DNA of 64,000 bases from Candidatus Nomurabacteria bacterium RIFCSPLOWO2_01_FULL_41_18 (GCA_001785865.1 MFUZ01000006.1:242315-306314), one strand, 5' to 3'; positions 17,152 to 31,794 are shown, numbered from the stretch's first letter. Numbers and translations are program-made. Notes: a model not told the origin generated them from the letters alone.

Positions 17152-18858
17152 TTAAAGCCCTTCTTGGGAAGGAGCAATGACTTTTGCTCGCCAGAATTTA
17201 GTATGCAGGGCTTTCGCTATGTCTCGTAATTCTTCGTTTTTCAAAAGATACAGCACCAGAATTGCAGCCAATATGCCAAAAATTCCAGAGAAAAATCCCT
17301 GCAGAAAGACGCCCCAGAAGGTAGTGGTGCCGAAAATCGGAGAAAAAATATTTAAGCAGAAGTAACTCACCCCACCGAGGAAAAATGCGGCGCCCAAACT
17401 CTGAAAGAATACCTTGGTGATGAAGGACTCCCCTTGCATAAAGTCCTTTCGGACAAAAAACCAATACAAAACAGAGTTCAGGATAGTACCGGCAGAATAA
17501 GCGAGCGGCAACATGAGCACTTCGGTGCCAGGAATATCACTCACCTTGAAGAGCGACTCAATGAAGTATCGGAAAAAAGGAATATTTTGGAAAAAATGCA
17601 TAAACACATAAGATAAGATTACTATTACAACTGCACAGAAAAAGTTGATGATGAGCGGGCGTCTCGTATTGCCGAGCGCATAGTAAGCGCGGGATAAGAG
17701 CGTGATCATTCCTTGTGCCAAGATCGAGACAGAAAATATCGCAAGCGAAGCAGCCACCAAGCGAGTGTTGTCCCAAGAAAAACTTCCCGAACCCAGAATA
17801 ACCCGCACGATCTGAGCGCGAAGGACAATAAAAAGAAAAATTACCGGCAATGACCAGAAGACTATAGCCCGGGCGGAAGATTTCAGGTGATTTTTAAATT
17901 CATCCATCTTACCCAAAGAGACCGACTTTGCCAAAACCGGAAAAGTGGCCACTGCATAAGAAATACCTATAATATTGAGCGGAACCGATTGGAGATTGAA
18001 AGCAAAATTAAATATTGAAATAGACCCGCTCTTCAAAAAAGAAGCTAGGGAAATAATCGAAATGAGAGCAATGTTGTTCATGGCAAGGCCCAAGGTTCTA
18101 GGTAGAGAGGTCAGGACCGAACTTTTTATGTCTGAAAAATTAACGGAAAGGGCTTCACCCGCCGGACTACGACCAAAGGAGAATCGGGGCACAAATCCGA
18201 GAGCGCTTGCAGACAATGCCTGTATCCCGAAATGCATCAAGGCTCCGAGCGCCACTCCGAGCGCGAGCCCATAAATTCCAAAAATGGGATATAGAAATAA
18301 TACCCCGATAATGATCCCGACATTGTATAGGATCGGACTCAAAGAGTAAATAAAAAACCTGCGAAAAATTTGCGTTACCGTGCCAAACAGGTTTGAAAGA
18401 CCGAGCAAAATAGGCGACAATAGCATTATCCGCGAAAGCAAGACTACTTTTGCCTGCATGAGAGGCGTAAAACCCGGCGCGATAAGAGGCGCTAGGTATG
18501 GCATAAGCACAAAGGCAATGACGGACACCAGCACCATCACAGTAAAAAACACGGTGAATATATCATTCAAATATTTGCGCGCTTTGTCTGTGACATTATC
18601 TCCATCCATTCTCGCCACAATAAAAGGAATGATCACGGTAAAGGAAGCGAGAGACGCAACCGAGATAAAAATAAGATCTGGAATACGAAAAGCCGCATAG
18701 TAAGAATCAAGTAGCGCTCCGGGTCCGATAAAATGAGCAATGAAACGATCGCGGAATAAGCCTAAAATTTGCGACAGAAGAGCAAAGACGCCCAGAAGTA
18801 GAGCAGCCTGATTTATACTTCCATATTCCCGGCCAAAGATTCTAAAAAGTCTATCCAT
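17152..18858 (-). CDS. murJ: lipid II flippase MurJ (MviN family)
   Basis: 14-TM protein, N-terminal LLGVFALLSQILGLFRDRFIAHFIGPGALLDSYYAAFRIPDLIF typical of MurJ. Confidence 0.8.
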   Translation of the reverse strand: MDRLFRIFGREYGSINQAALLLGVFALLSQILGLFRDRFIAHFIGPGALLDSYYAAFRIPDLIFISVASLASFTVIIPFIVARMDGDNVTDKARKYLNDIFTVFFTVMVLVSVIAFVLMPYLAPLIAPGFTPLMQAKVVLLSRIMLLSPILLGLSNLFGTVTQIFRRFFIYSLSPILYNVGIIIGVLFLYPIFGIYGLALGVALGALMHFGIQALSASALGFVPRFSFGRSPAGEALSVNFSDIKSSVLTSLPRTLGLAMNNIALISIISLASFLKSGSISIFNFAFNLQSVPLNIIGISYAVATFPVLAKSVSLGKMDEFKNHLKSSARAIVFWSLPVIFLFIVLRAQIVRVILGSGSFSWDNTRLVAASLAIFSVSILAQGMITLLSRAYYALGNTRRPLIINFFCAVVIVILSYVFMHFFQNIPFFRYFIESLFKVSDIPGTEVLMLPLAYSAGTILNSVLYWFFVRKDFMQGESFITKVFFQSLGAAFFLGGVSYFCLNIFSPIFGTTTFWGVFLQGFFSGIFGILAAILVLYLLKNEELRDIAKALHTKFWRAKVIAPSQEGL

Positions 18859-18860
18859 TT

Positions 18861-20915
18861 TTACGGGTTTTCGGTATCTGGAGCAGATGTAGAGATCACC
18901 GGCGCAGTTTTAAAAGAATCCATGTATTTTATTAAATCTGGATTGGTCGGTGCCAAAGCTAATGCTCTTTCGGCATAAGATATGGCCAAAACATTATCGC
19001 CTTCCTTTTTTGCTATTTGTGAGAGAAGAAGCAAAGCATCGATGTAATCGCTCTTCAAAGCTAGACCCTGGTTCGCATAATCTTTCGCCTCACTGATCTT
19101 GTCATCCGTCCAAAATACGCTCGCGAGAGTAATCTTGAGACCTGGATTATTAGGATTTAAAGCAATCGCTTTTTGATAGGCCTCGATGGCTTTACTAGAA
19201 ACATCTTTCACTCCCAAGAAAGCCAAGCTCTGATAAAGCGAACCAAGCGCCCCCCAATTTAAATAATTTCGCGGATTATATCTGGTGGCCAATAACGCGC
19301 CGTTGACCGCTTGATCCAAATTCGACTGCAAAGCGACCTTGTCTGCATCAGAGGTAGTCGTAGCATCTTTTCCTGCCAGAGAATTGAATTTTAGAAGATA
19401 TATTTGCGAATAAGTGCGGAGATATAAATCATTTTCATGAAGCGTCAAAGCTCGGCCGATCGCCACTTGCGCCTCCTCCACCGTGGGCGCTCGGAGCGCT
19501 TGTGAAAAATACGGGATAGAGACTAGGCGTTCGATGTATTTAAACGCCATAACTACAGATATCATTATTACCAAAATGAGAATAAGTATTGAGAAGAAAC
19601 TTTTACGGTGATCACTGAGAAATGAAATTAATATTTCCTTGGAAGTTAGACCGATAAATACACCGGCAAAAACGAAGGACAACAAAAATATCACCGCACC
19701 CGTGGAATAAAAGAAGGAAGAAATAAATAAATAAAGTGACAGCATGAAAAACGCCATTATTTCCCAATTTACCTTATTTTTAATACCGTAAAATACTGAC
19801 CTGACGCCGACAATCAGAAAGAGAACGAAAAAGACAAGCAGGGATAAAATGCCAAGCCCCCCGACCGTAGCGGCCAAGGTGGGCAATGTTCCGGAACCCG
19901 AGTTAAAAGAAACATCCCAAAATTGAGTATTGTTTATAGACTGAGGTTTATACATTGCCCAAGCTTCGTCAAATCTATTTGGACCAAGACCAAAGATTGG
20001 ATGATCTCCGAGCACACCACGAGTTATGGACAAAGTGGCTCCGAGCGAGGGACTCACTTCGGTATTTGATATATGCAAACGATTTGATATGACGTCGCTG
20101 AGGAAACCTGAAGACAAAAAGAACAGAAGAGAAATGATGACAACGATAAAGGAAGTCAAAGGAAACTGTTTTCTGTCTTCTTCCTTGCCGTGAAAAGAAA
20201 TGGAAACTTTATAGACAAAAATAATCAGGCTGGAAATTCCGAGCAGGATCCAAGCCAGGGGGAAATTCACCAGGATCGCTAATAATATTGAGAGCAAGGT
20301 GAATATTGAAAGCAAAAGTTTTTCCACTTTAGAAATCGGAAAAAATTCAATCACCAAAAGAAACATCAGACTGGAAAATCCCGCAAAAAGCCCGAGCGCA
20401 TTCCAAGACCCCAAGAGATTGTCAGTTTTATCGGCTAAAAGCGCGAGCGTGGTGATCGCCGGGAAAAATAAATGAATCCCCTGGAAAATCAAAACAACAA
20501 CCGAAGACAGTATCGCTCCCAGTAAAACTATTTTGGCTCGTTTTGGGGTTTTGAAAACTATTCCCGACATAAGCATCAAAACGAAGCTCCCAAAAATAAA
20601 CCAGAAAGACCCAAGGTCAAGCATGTTGCCAAATAAAGATACAGCTCTACTTCCCGAAAAAAGAGCAGAAAGTAAAAAAATGAAAACTATACCAAGTCCA
20701 GAAAGGAGAAGCGCGGATCTGGGGAAAATTATTTTACCATCGATAAATCTGGATATAGCCCAAAAAATAATCGAGAGAGTGAGCCCGACGACTAAAAGCA
20801 ATCCCTTCCCGACGGCAATCGAAATGGTGGTGAAAGGCAGACAAAAGACGGGCAACAAAACTATTACTAAAAACAGCGAAATAAACGAAAGCCGATCAAA
20901 AATGTTTGAATACAT
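18861..20915 (-). CDS. O-antigen ligase (Wzy_C)-like polytopic membrane protein with C-terminal TPR repeats
   Basis: Many TM helices, large periplasmic loop, C-terminal TPR-like repeats (AIEAYQKAIALNPNNP...). Confidence 0.55.
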   Translation of the reverse strand: MYSNIFDRLSFISLFLVIVLLPVFCLPFTTISIAVGKGLLLVVGLTLSIIFWAISRFIDGKIIFPRSALLLSGLGIVFIFLLSALFSGSRAVSLFGNMLDLGSFWFIFGSFVLMLMSGIVFKTPKRAKIVLLGAILSSVVVLIFQGIHLFFPAITTLALLADKTDNLLGSWNALGLFAGFSSLMFLLVIEFFPISKVEKLLLSIFTLLSILLAILVNFPLAWILLGISSLIIFVYKVSISFHGKEEDRKQFPLTSFIVVIISLLFFLSSGFLSDVISNRLHISNTEVSPSLGATLSITRGVLGDHPIFGLGPNRFDEAWAMYKPQSINNTQFWDVSFNSGSGTLPTLAATVGGLGILSLLVFFVLFLIVGVRSVFYGIKNKVNWEIMAFFMLSLYLFISSFFYSTGAVIFLLSFVFAGVFIGLTSKEILISFLSDHRKSFFSILILILVIMISVVMAFKYIERLVSIPYFSQALRAPTVEEAQVAIGRALTLHENDLYLRTYSQIYLLKFNSLAGKDATTTSDADKVALQSNLDQAVNGALLATRYNPRNYLNWGALGSLYQSLAFLGVKDVSSKAIEAYQKAIALNPNNPGLKITLASVFWTDDKISEAKDYANQGLALKSDYIDALLLLSQIAKKEGDNVLAISYAERALALAPTNPDLIKYMDSFKTAPVISTSAPDTENP

Positions 20916-20983
20916 AGATTACATTATATATTGTGGTGAAACTTTTTGCAAAGGTTTTTAATTTTTATCTTATTAAGGAAAAT

Positions 20984-25261
<4,278 letters not shown>

Positions 25262-25263
25262 TT

Positions 25264-25545
25264 TTAATTAATCTTCATTTCAAGACGCTCAACGCGAATT
25301 CTTAAATCTTCAACAGTTCTTTCTTGCTTGATATCAGTGTGCACCAGATTGGCCATCGTCTGTCTGTGCTCTCTCGCTTCTTCTGTAAATGTTTGCATTT
25401 GTTTTAAGATCAACTCAAAGGCTTTGTCATGCCGTGTGAATCTTTCATCAATTTTAGTAAAAGATTTTGCAATAGAAGCCATCGCTTTTTCAAAAGCTGA
25501 CATTGTCACATATTTTTCGGTTATTTTTTTTACTTCTTTTCTCAT
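25264..25545 (-). CDS. hypothetical coiled-coil protein (93 aa), upstream of giant fibre gene
   Basis: ORF tightly packed in same orientation; no recognisable family. Confidence 0.4.
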   Translation of the reverse strand: MRKEVKKITEKYVTMSAFEKAMASIAKSFTKIDERFTRHDKAFELILKQMQTFTEEAREHRQTMANLVHTDIKQERTVEDLRIRVERLEMKIN

Positions 25546-25551
25546 AAAATT

Positions 25552-25923
25552 TTACTTTTGTATCTTCCCTATCAAAATTCCCAAAAGCTTTTTGACGCTA
25601 TTCTGCGCATCTGCCTCGGCTCCACTGCCGGTAAAATTCTGCCATTCTGCCATCACTTCCGCGTCTTTCAAATCGCGGACGGCATTTTCAAGTGTTAACC
25701 TTGTTTCAAAATCAACTTCCGTATCTGCCTGCAATACTTTTTCAATAAACATTGAGGTGAAATTGATTATCTTTTCATTGGTTTCAACTTTGGACTGACC
25801 AGACTTCACTCCTCCTATTTCTCTAGACAAAGTGAAATAATTAAATCCAAAAAATACATTGCCAATAACTAATGATCCAATAATTATAATTATAGCAATA
25901 CGCTCCATTTTAGGTTCTATCAT
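25552..25923 (-). CDS. hypothetical membrane-anchored protein (123 aa)
   Basis: N-terminal TM (IAIIIIIGSLVIGNVFFGF); no recognisable family. Confidence 0.4.
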   Translation of the reverse strand: MIEPKMERIAIIIIIGSLVIGNVFFGFNYFTLSREIGGVKSGQSKVETNEKIINFTSMFIEKVLQADTEVDFETRLTLENAVRDLKDAEVMAEWQNFTGSGAEADAQNSVKKLLGILIGKIQK

Positions 25924-25988
25924 AAATATTTGATATAAATTCTATTCCGTCAGAAGCAGGTCGCCTCGAGGTGACCGGTAGCACTCGC

Positions 25989-27962
25989 CTACTGGCGAAG
26001 GCGGCTTCTAACAGAATTATACACTAATAATAATAACACAACAACTAAAAGAATGGTCTTCCAGTCGAGTCCAGTTAAGCTGGAAAGCCATCCTCCGGAG
26101 CTTCGGAGCTCTATGTTCTCGTGAATGCCAGCACCCGAGGTGACGACGAATGCTTTGCCTTCATACGGCTCATATCCGGGCGCTTCTACCGAGAAATAGT
26201 AGCTACCTTCCGGTACGAGGAAAGAATACGTCCCCCGGACGTCGGTTATTTGCGGATTTTCCTGACTGTAATCTTTGGCAGGCCATAGTTCATAGCTTTT
26301 AGTGGATACGTTTAGAGAATAGAGAGAGACGATCGCCGACGGAATACGGGTTTCTTTGCCATTATTCTTCTCAAAAACATATCCCTCTGGGTCAATGACT
26401 GTTATCATCCTCATCTGGCGAGTGCCGAGAACGGGGTCTATATAATCAATTACAGTGATCACTTCATATTCACCCGGCACTACGGGCGAGACGACATCGG
26501 CAGTGTATATGCCGTCACGGTCGGGATCAGTATATTCAAAGGAAGAAAGTACTAATTTATTTTCAACCGAAATCGGTTCGGGATTTTTTTCAACTAAATC
26601 ATTCGAAGCAAAAAGAGCTGAAGCCAGAAGAGATGAGCGAGAAATTTCATTTTGATTCCCTTCTGCTACTTTCGGTGTTGCGGATTTGAATACAATATAA
26701 CCAGTCACGCTTGACGCAGAGCCAATAGGTTTTACCACTAGCCGCATCGTCTGGCCGGGTAGCGTTGATATTTTTTGAACAACTTCTCCTTTATCACCGA
26801 TAGACATCGCAACATTCAGGTCAATCAACTCTCCGCTCGCCCGGGCAAAGACAAATTCTGCAGGCAAATTTCTCTTATCAACTAGTGAAAAATTTGCGAG
26901 AGGTAACCCTTCTATAAGAGCAATCTTGCCTACACCGATGTTGGGTAATATTTTTTGATCCGGATTTGAGAGTCCGGGAATATCTAGAGAGACACCATTT
27001 AATTTATCTATCTGAGCCAATCTTCCTGCTCCGATATTTTTTAGCGTATTGGTAAGCTCTGAAAGCCCTGGAAGATTTAAAGTTATACCGCTTAATTTGG
27101 TCAGATCAGTCATCCTGTGAACATCAACACTTTTGAGCGTTTTATCCAGTTCGGGGAATTTGGAGGCTAGAATGCGAACCTCATACGGGAGCGGCGCGAA
27201 GACAAAAGCATTGATAGCCCCTGTCGGCAGAAGATCCCATTCGCCCATAAATGCGAGAGGGGTGATCTTGGGAATCTCAGAGACTACGGTCACTGGTTCG
27301 CTTTTGGGTCTAAAGAAATTCAAAATAGGACTGAAAAAATTATCCGCAGGGGGATTTTCGGCAACCGGTGGAAAGATTTCCTGAGTGGAGAGCGACGAAG
27401 TTGTTCTGGACCTAGTTACAGAAACAGATCCACTTCCGTCGTCAACGTTTCGCGCGCTTGCCGGTCGCCAATCGGTTTGCACTTTAAAGTTTGCCGAACC
27501 ACAAGAATCTATCCCGCCCGCGCAATTAAAATTAATTTGGCTGTTATCGGATTTCACCGTCGCATAGCCCAAAAATTCCCCGCTTGTATTTATGGTGACT
27601 CCGCTAAAATTAATCCAACCAAGGTTGGGACTCCAGGCAAATCCAGAAAGCGTCCCTTCTGCATTATTGGAGACTCCCGAGGTGTCCGGATCTAAGTTTA
27701 TCCAACCGTATTCACTACTCCAAGCTTGCCCTGAAAGACCCGTGTCGGTAACGCCCACATCGCAATTATCACAGCCGAAATTGATCCAGCCGATATTTTC
27801 TCCCCAAGCATATTTATGTGTTCCGTCAATCGTCCCTTCCGTATTCGAAGCGAAAGCCGAATTAGCACCAAAAAAAACAAAAGAAAACAACGCAAAAAGA
27901 ACGACAAAAAACCCTAGAAAAACCAATTTTGCTCTGGGAAATTTTTTTAACATTTTTTGCAT
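25989..27962 (-). CDS. secreted/surface-anchored protein with GWINF repeats, LRR-like region and carboxypeptidase-regulatory-like beta domain; C-terminal TM anchor
   Basis: Signal peptide, three GWIN(F/L) repeats, LxxLxL repeats, YSFLVPEGSYYFSVEAPGYEPYEG beta-sandwich, C-terminal hydrophobic tail. Confidence 0.5.
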   Translation of the reverse strand: MQKMLKKFPRAKLVFLGFFVVLFALFSFVFFGANSAFASNTEGTIDGTHKYAWGENIGWINFGCDNCDVGVTDTGLSGQAWSSEYGWINLDPDTSGVSNNAEGTLSGFAWSPNLGWINFSGVTINTSGEFLGYATVKSDNSQINFNCAGGIDSCGSANFKVQTDWRPASARNVDDGSGSVSVTRSRTTSSLSTQEIFPPVAENPPADNFFSPILNFFRPKSEPVTVVSEIPKITPLAFMGEWDLLPTGAINAFVFAPLPYEVRILASKFPELDKTLKSVDVHRMTDLTKLSGITLNLPGLSELTNTLKNIGAGRLAQIDKLNGVSLDIPGLSNPDQKILPNIGVGKIALIEGLPLANFSLVDKRNLPAEFVFARASGELIDLNVAMSIGDKGEVVQKISTLPGQTMRLVVKPIGSASSVTGYIVFKSATPKVAEGNQNEISRSSLLASALFASNDLVEKNPEPISVENKLVLSSFEYTDPDRDGIYTADVVSPVVPGEYEVITVIDYIDPVLGTRQMRMITVIDPEGYVFEKNNGKETRIPSAIVSLYSLNVSTKSYELWPAKDYSQENPQITDVRGTYSFLVPEGSYYFSVEAPGYEPYEGKAFVVTSGAGIHENIELRSSGGWLSSLTGLDWKTILLVVVLLLLVYNSVRSRLRQ

Positions 27963-28017
27963 TCCCCTTCGCTCAAAAATTTAAGCGAAGTCTTAAGTAT
28001 TATAGCAAAAAGCAATA

Positions 28018-30558
28018 CTAAATCACAATGTTGACAAGCCTGTTTTTCACATAAATCATCTTTTTGACGTCTTTTCCTGCAATATGCCTCACAACAGTTT
28101 CATTCTCCAGAGCTTTTTTCTTTATGCTTTCTTCTGTTTCATCTGCCTGCACAAAAATTTCAGCTCTAACTTTTCCATTTATTTGTATTACAATTTTAAT
28201 TTCTTCATCTTTTATTAAATTCTCATCCCATTTTGGCCAATTGGAGAGATTGATCGAATCCTTCTCTCCTAGAAGGCTCCATAATTCTTCGGTCATATGC
28301 GGTGCGAATGGTGAGAGAACTTGCAGAAATTTTTTATAATCTTCCACTGAAACATTTTCAGCTTTTTCCATCTCTGTCGCCAGAATCATCATGGAAGAGA
28401 TTGCGGTATTGAAATTCATACCCTCTATATCTTCAGAAACTTTTTTTATGGTTTTGTGCAATAACCGAACCAGTGGAGAATTTTTTGACATTCCGGAAGA
28501 ATTATTAAATTTCAAAACTTTCTCCCCTATCCTCCAAACTTTTTCAATAAATCTTCTAGCTCCGATAATGCTTTCCGTAGACCAAGCCACGGACTGATCA
28601 AACGGCCCCATAAACATTTCATAAACTCGAAGTGTATCTGCGCCATAGGTTTTCACAATGTCATCCGGGTTAATTACATTTCCAAGAGACTTGGACATTT
28701 TGACTCCCCCTTCACCCAAGATCATCCCATGCGAAGTACGCTTCATGTATGGCTCGTTTGTAGGCACAAGTTTCAAATCAAAAAGAAATTTATGCCAAAA
28801 ACGAGAATACAAAAGATGCAGAGTCGTGTGTTCATTTCCGCCGTTGTACCAGTCTACTCCACCCGTATTTCCCCCTCTCCTTTCAGGAGAGGGCTGGGGT
28901 GAGGTTAACCAGTATTTTAAATTTTTCTTGCTTGCAAATTCTTTATTATTTTTCGCATCAGCATATCGCAAATAATACCAAGAACTTCCAGCCCAGTTTG
29001 GCATGGTGTCTGTTTCTCTTTTTGCTTTACCAAGGCACTTTGGACATTTCACATTTACCCATTTTGAAATGTTTGCGAGTGGTGATTCGCCACTATCCGT
29101 CGGCTGATAATTCTTAACTTTTGGTAATTCCACCGGCAAATCTTTTTCTGGAACTGGAACTACCCCACAATCTTGGCAATGTATAACTGGTATGGGCTCA
29201 CCCCAGTATCGCTGTCTAGAAAAAATCCAGTCACGAAGTTTGAAGGTCGTCTTTCTAGAAGCGGCACTCTCTGAACTTAACCAATCAATAATTTTAGGTC
29301 GAGCTTCTGCTGAAGTTAAACCATCAAATTGTTTAGAATTAAAAAGCACACCTTCACCTTCGTAACATTCTTCCATGTTTTTTATTTTCTCAAAAAGTGA
29401 TTCGTCTTTGGATTTGATCGAAACCTTGAGAGGAATATTATATTTTTTCGCCATATCAAAATCCCTTTTATCATGAGCATCAGCAAATACAGCGCCAGTC
29501 CCATAATGAACTAACACAAAATCTGATACCCAAACTGGTATTTCTTCTTTGGTTGCTGGATTAATGACCCTGACACCCTTTAATTCAATTCCCGTTTTAT
29601 TACTTTCTGCTGTTCTCTCAACTTCTGGTCTATTTTTAACTTCTTTAATATATTTTTCAACTTCATTCCAGTTTAAAATACTATTTTTGTATTCTTGAAT
29701 AAATGAATGTTCGGGAGCTAAAACAATAAAAGTACAAGAAAAAATTGTATCGACACGAGTAGTAAAAACTTTTATAGCTAGGTCTTGTCTAGCTGAAACT
29801 TTAAACTCTATTTCTGCGCCTTCACTTTTCCCTATCCAATTCCTCTGCCCAAGCTTAATTTGTGGAAGATAATTTACATCATCTAAATCTTTATAAAGCC
29901 TATCGGCGTATTTTGTAATCGCTAGCATCCATTGCTCTTTCTCCCTTTTTTCCACTGCAGTCCCACAACGTTCACAAACGCCAGCTTGCCCTGAGCCTGT
30001 CGAACGGGTTACAACTTCTTCATTCGCAAGTCCAATTTTATCCTTCGGGCACCAGTTTATCGTCATCTTCGCTTTGTAAGCTAAACCTTTTTTCAAAAAT
30101 TGTAAAAATATCCACTGTGTCCATTTGTAATATTTTGGATCAGTGGTATTTATTTCTCGCGACCAATCAAAAGAAATACCGAGTGACTTTATCTGTCTGC
30201 GAAAAGTATCACTATTTTTCTTGGTAACTATCCGTGGATCTTTGCCTGTTTTTATTGCAAAGTTTTCTGTCGGCAATCCAAATGCATCCCAACCTATAGG
30301 ATACAAAACATTAAAACCTTCTAGCCTTCTTTTTCTAGAAATAATATCCATCCCTATGTAAGGCCTTGGATGCCCTACATGAAGACCGTCTCCAGAAGGA
30401 TATGGAAACTCTATCAAGCCATAGAATTTCGGCTTGATCGCAGACTTACTCAGACTGGACGCGGACTGACGCGGAAAATCTTTTGCATAATATATTCCAT
30501 TTTTGTCCCAGATAGTCTGCCATTTACTTTCTATCTTTAAGTGGTTATATTCCTTCAT
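28018..30558 (-). CDS. leuS: leucine--tRNA ligase
   Basis: FPYPSGDGLHVGHPRPY HIGH region, KMSKSLGN, editing domain; carries 16-aa GC-rich insert TSPQPSPERRGGNTGG. Confidence 0.9.
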   Translation of the reverse strand: MKEYNHLKIESKWQTIWDKNGIYYAKDFPRQSASSLSKSAIKPKFYGLIEFPYPSGDGLHVGHPRPYIGMDIISRKRRLEGFNVLYPIGWDAFGLPTENFAIKTGKDPRIVTKKNSDTFRRQIKSLGISFDWSREINTTDPKYYKWTQWIFLQFLKKGLAYKAKMTINWCPKDKIGLANEEVVTRSTGSGQAGVCERCGTAVEKREKEQWMLAITKYADRLYKDLDDVNYLPQIKLGQRNWIGKSEGAEIEFKVSARQDLAIKVFTTRVDTIFSCTFIVLAPEHSFIQEYKNSILNWNEVEKYIKEVKNRPEVERTAESNKTGIELKGVRVINPATKEEIPVWVSDFVLVHYGTGAVFADAHDKRDFDMAKKYNIPLKVSIKSKDESLFEKIKNMEECYEGEGVLFNSKQFDGLTSAEARPKIIDWLSSESAASRKTTFKLRDWIFSRQRYWGEPIPVIHCQDCGVVPVPEKDLPVELPKVKNYQPTDSGESPLANISKWVNVKCPKCLGKAKRETDTMPNWAGSSWYYLRYADAKNNKEFASKKNLKYWLTSPQPSPERRGGNTGGVDWYNGGNEHTTLHLLYSRFWHKFLFDLKLVPTNEPYMKRTSHGMILGEGGVKMSKSLGNVINPDDIVKTYGADTLRVYEMFMGPFDQSVAWSTESIIGARRFIEKVWRIGEKVLKFNNSSGMSKNSPLVRLLHKTIKKVSEDIEGMNFNTAISSMMILATEMEKAENVSVEDYKKFLQVLSPFAPHMTEELWSLLGEKDSINLSNWPKWDENLIKDEEIKIVIQINGKVRAEIFVQADETEESIKKKALENETVVRHIAGKDVKKMIYVKNRLVNIVI
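28866..28908 (-). repeat. in-frame GC-rich palindromic element copy (CCCCCTCTCCTTTCAGGAGAGGGCTGGGGTGAGG) in leuS
   Basis: 9-bp perfect IR CCTCTCCT/AGGAGAGG plus GGGGTGAGG tail; absent from E. coli LeuRS between YWLP and VD(I/W)Y. Confidence 0.7.
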
Positions 30559-30573
30559 TGTTACATAATAAAC

Positions 30574-30657
30574 AAAAAACCGCCTTTATGCAAAAGCTCC
30601 CGATTTTTTAGCTTTATAAAAAGCTCTTAAAATCGCAGTCCTTTAGGGCGGTTTTTT
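30574..30657 (-). terminator. long composite hairpin (AAAAAACCGCC ... GGCGGTTTTTT) between upstream membrane-protein gene and leuS start
   Basis: 11-bp outer stem with internal sub-hairpins, U-run on minus-strand transcript immediately before leuS RBS. Confidence 0.35.
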
Positions 30658-30679
30658 GTTTAAGTCTTTTTAAATATTA

Positions 30680-31753
30680 TTAGTAAATCGGCACTGGCTT
30701 GGTATAGCGATAAGTGTCTGGATTGATAGTTTGTTCAAAACAATAGTGCCCAGCGGGATGTACCCATGATCTAGAATTATATGGATCTCTTATAGGAGCA
30801 GTCATGGTTTTACCATTACTTTCTTCATTATTTGACGATTTGTTAAATTCCGCACAGAGATTATATGTTGTCTCGCTTGTTTTTTGATATTCGTATGGCT
30901 TTCCTGTTTGTGGATCTACCTTGTTAGGGTAATATTGGTTGTACGTATTTACTTCATCTATCGTGTTCGGTAACACTCCTTTGGTTGAGTAAAAATTTTC
31001 AATCTGACCATCTAAATTCTGTAAATAACTTACTTTTTGCTCGTCATATTTGATCAATCTTTGAGTTCGAGGTGAACCGAGAACAGAAAATCCCCAAACA
31101 ATAGAACCAATGACAATGATTCCCGCAATTACTCTCCAAGCCATCCTAGAATTTTTCGTCAGTTTTTTTCTAAGATCAGAAATGTAGTAAATAAAAAGAC
31201 TAGAAAAGATAACAAGTAGTACAGCGACTTTTAGAAGAAAACCAGTCGTTAATTCCTGTCCGTCAATAAAATAGTAAACGACAGTTATCAAATCTCCCGC
31301 TACCACACAACCGGAAATAAACAGAGTTAGATATGTGAGCCCTTTATGAATGACGCTATTTTGCATCTCTCCCTCTACTCTGTATTGCCTTTCCAAGAAC
31401 CACATCAAAATCATGAAAATAGGAAGAAGCACGACCAGAGTGGCGACAGGCCAGCTGATCGATGAACTGCCGTAATAATTATAACCATTGGTAACTTTCG
31501 GATAGGCTGTGTTGATAACAGTAAACAATAGGCTTAAAAGATTGCCGAGTAATACGTAAAGTGTGATAAAAGCTCCTAAATTCAGCAAAACATCTTTTGC
31601 AGTTGCTCTTGGGCGAATTTGTGTTTGATTTGGATCCATATTATTTCTGTTACGATTAATAAAAAATGAAATGAGGCCAACTATTATCCCTATAACTACA
31701 ACGAAAAAAATAATAATGTAAATAAAGAACGAAAATGGAAAATATTCGAACAT
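30680..31753 (-). CDS. hypothetical polytopic membrane protein
   Basis: ~6 TM helices in N-terminal two thirds, soluble C-terminal domain; no family recognised. Confidence 0.45.
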   Translation of the reverse strand: MFEYFPFSFFIYIIIFFVVVIGIIVGLISFFINRNRNNMDPNQTQIRPRATAKDVLLNLGAFITLYVLLGNLLSLLFTVINTAYPKVTNGYNYYGSSSISWPVATLVVLLPIFMILMWFLERQYRVEGEMQNSVIHKGLTYLTLFISGCVVAGDLITVVYYFIDGQELTTGFLLKVAVLLVIFSSLFIYYISDLRKKLTKNSRMAWRVIAGIIVIGSIVWGFSVLGSPRTQRLIKYDEQKVSYLQNLDGQIENFYSTKGVLPNTIDEVNTYNQYYPNKVDPQTGKPYEYQKTSETTYNLCAEFNKSSNNEESNGKTMTAPIRDPYNSRSWVHPAGHYCFEQTINPDTYRYTKPVPIY

Positions 31754-31794
31754 TGTGAATAAATTACTGTTAATTAATAATAACTATATCTACA

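Noticed and set aside
30559-30679. T-box riboswitch upstream of leuS (and upstream of hisS at 54026-54083)
   Set aside because: The leaders are only ~120 and ~58 nt, too short for a T-box. No AATTAGGGTGGTACCGCG-like T-box sequence or specifier-loop architecture is visible.
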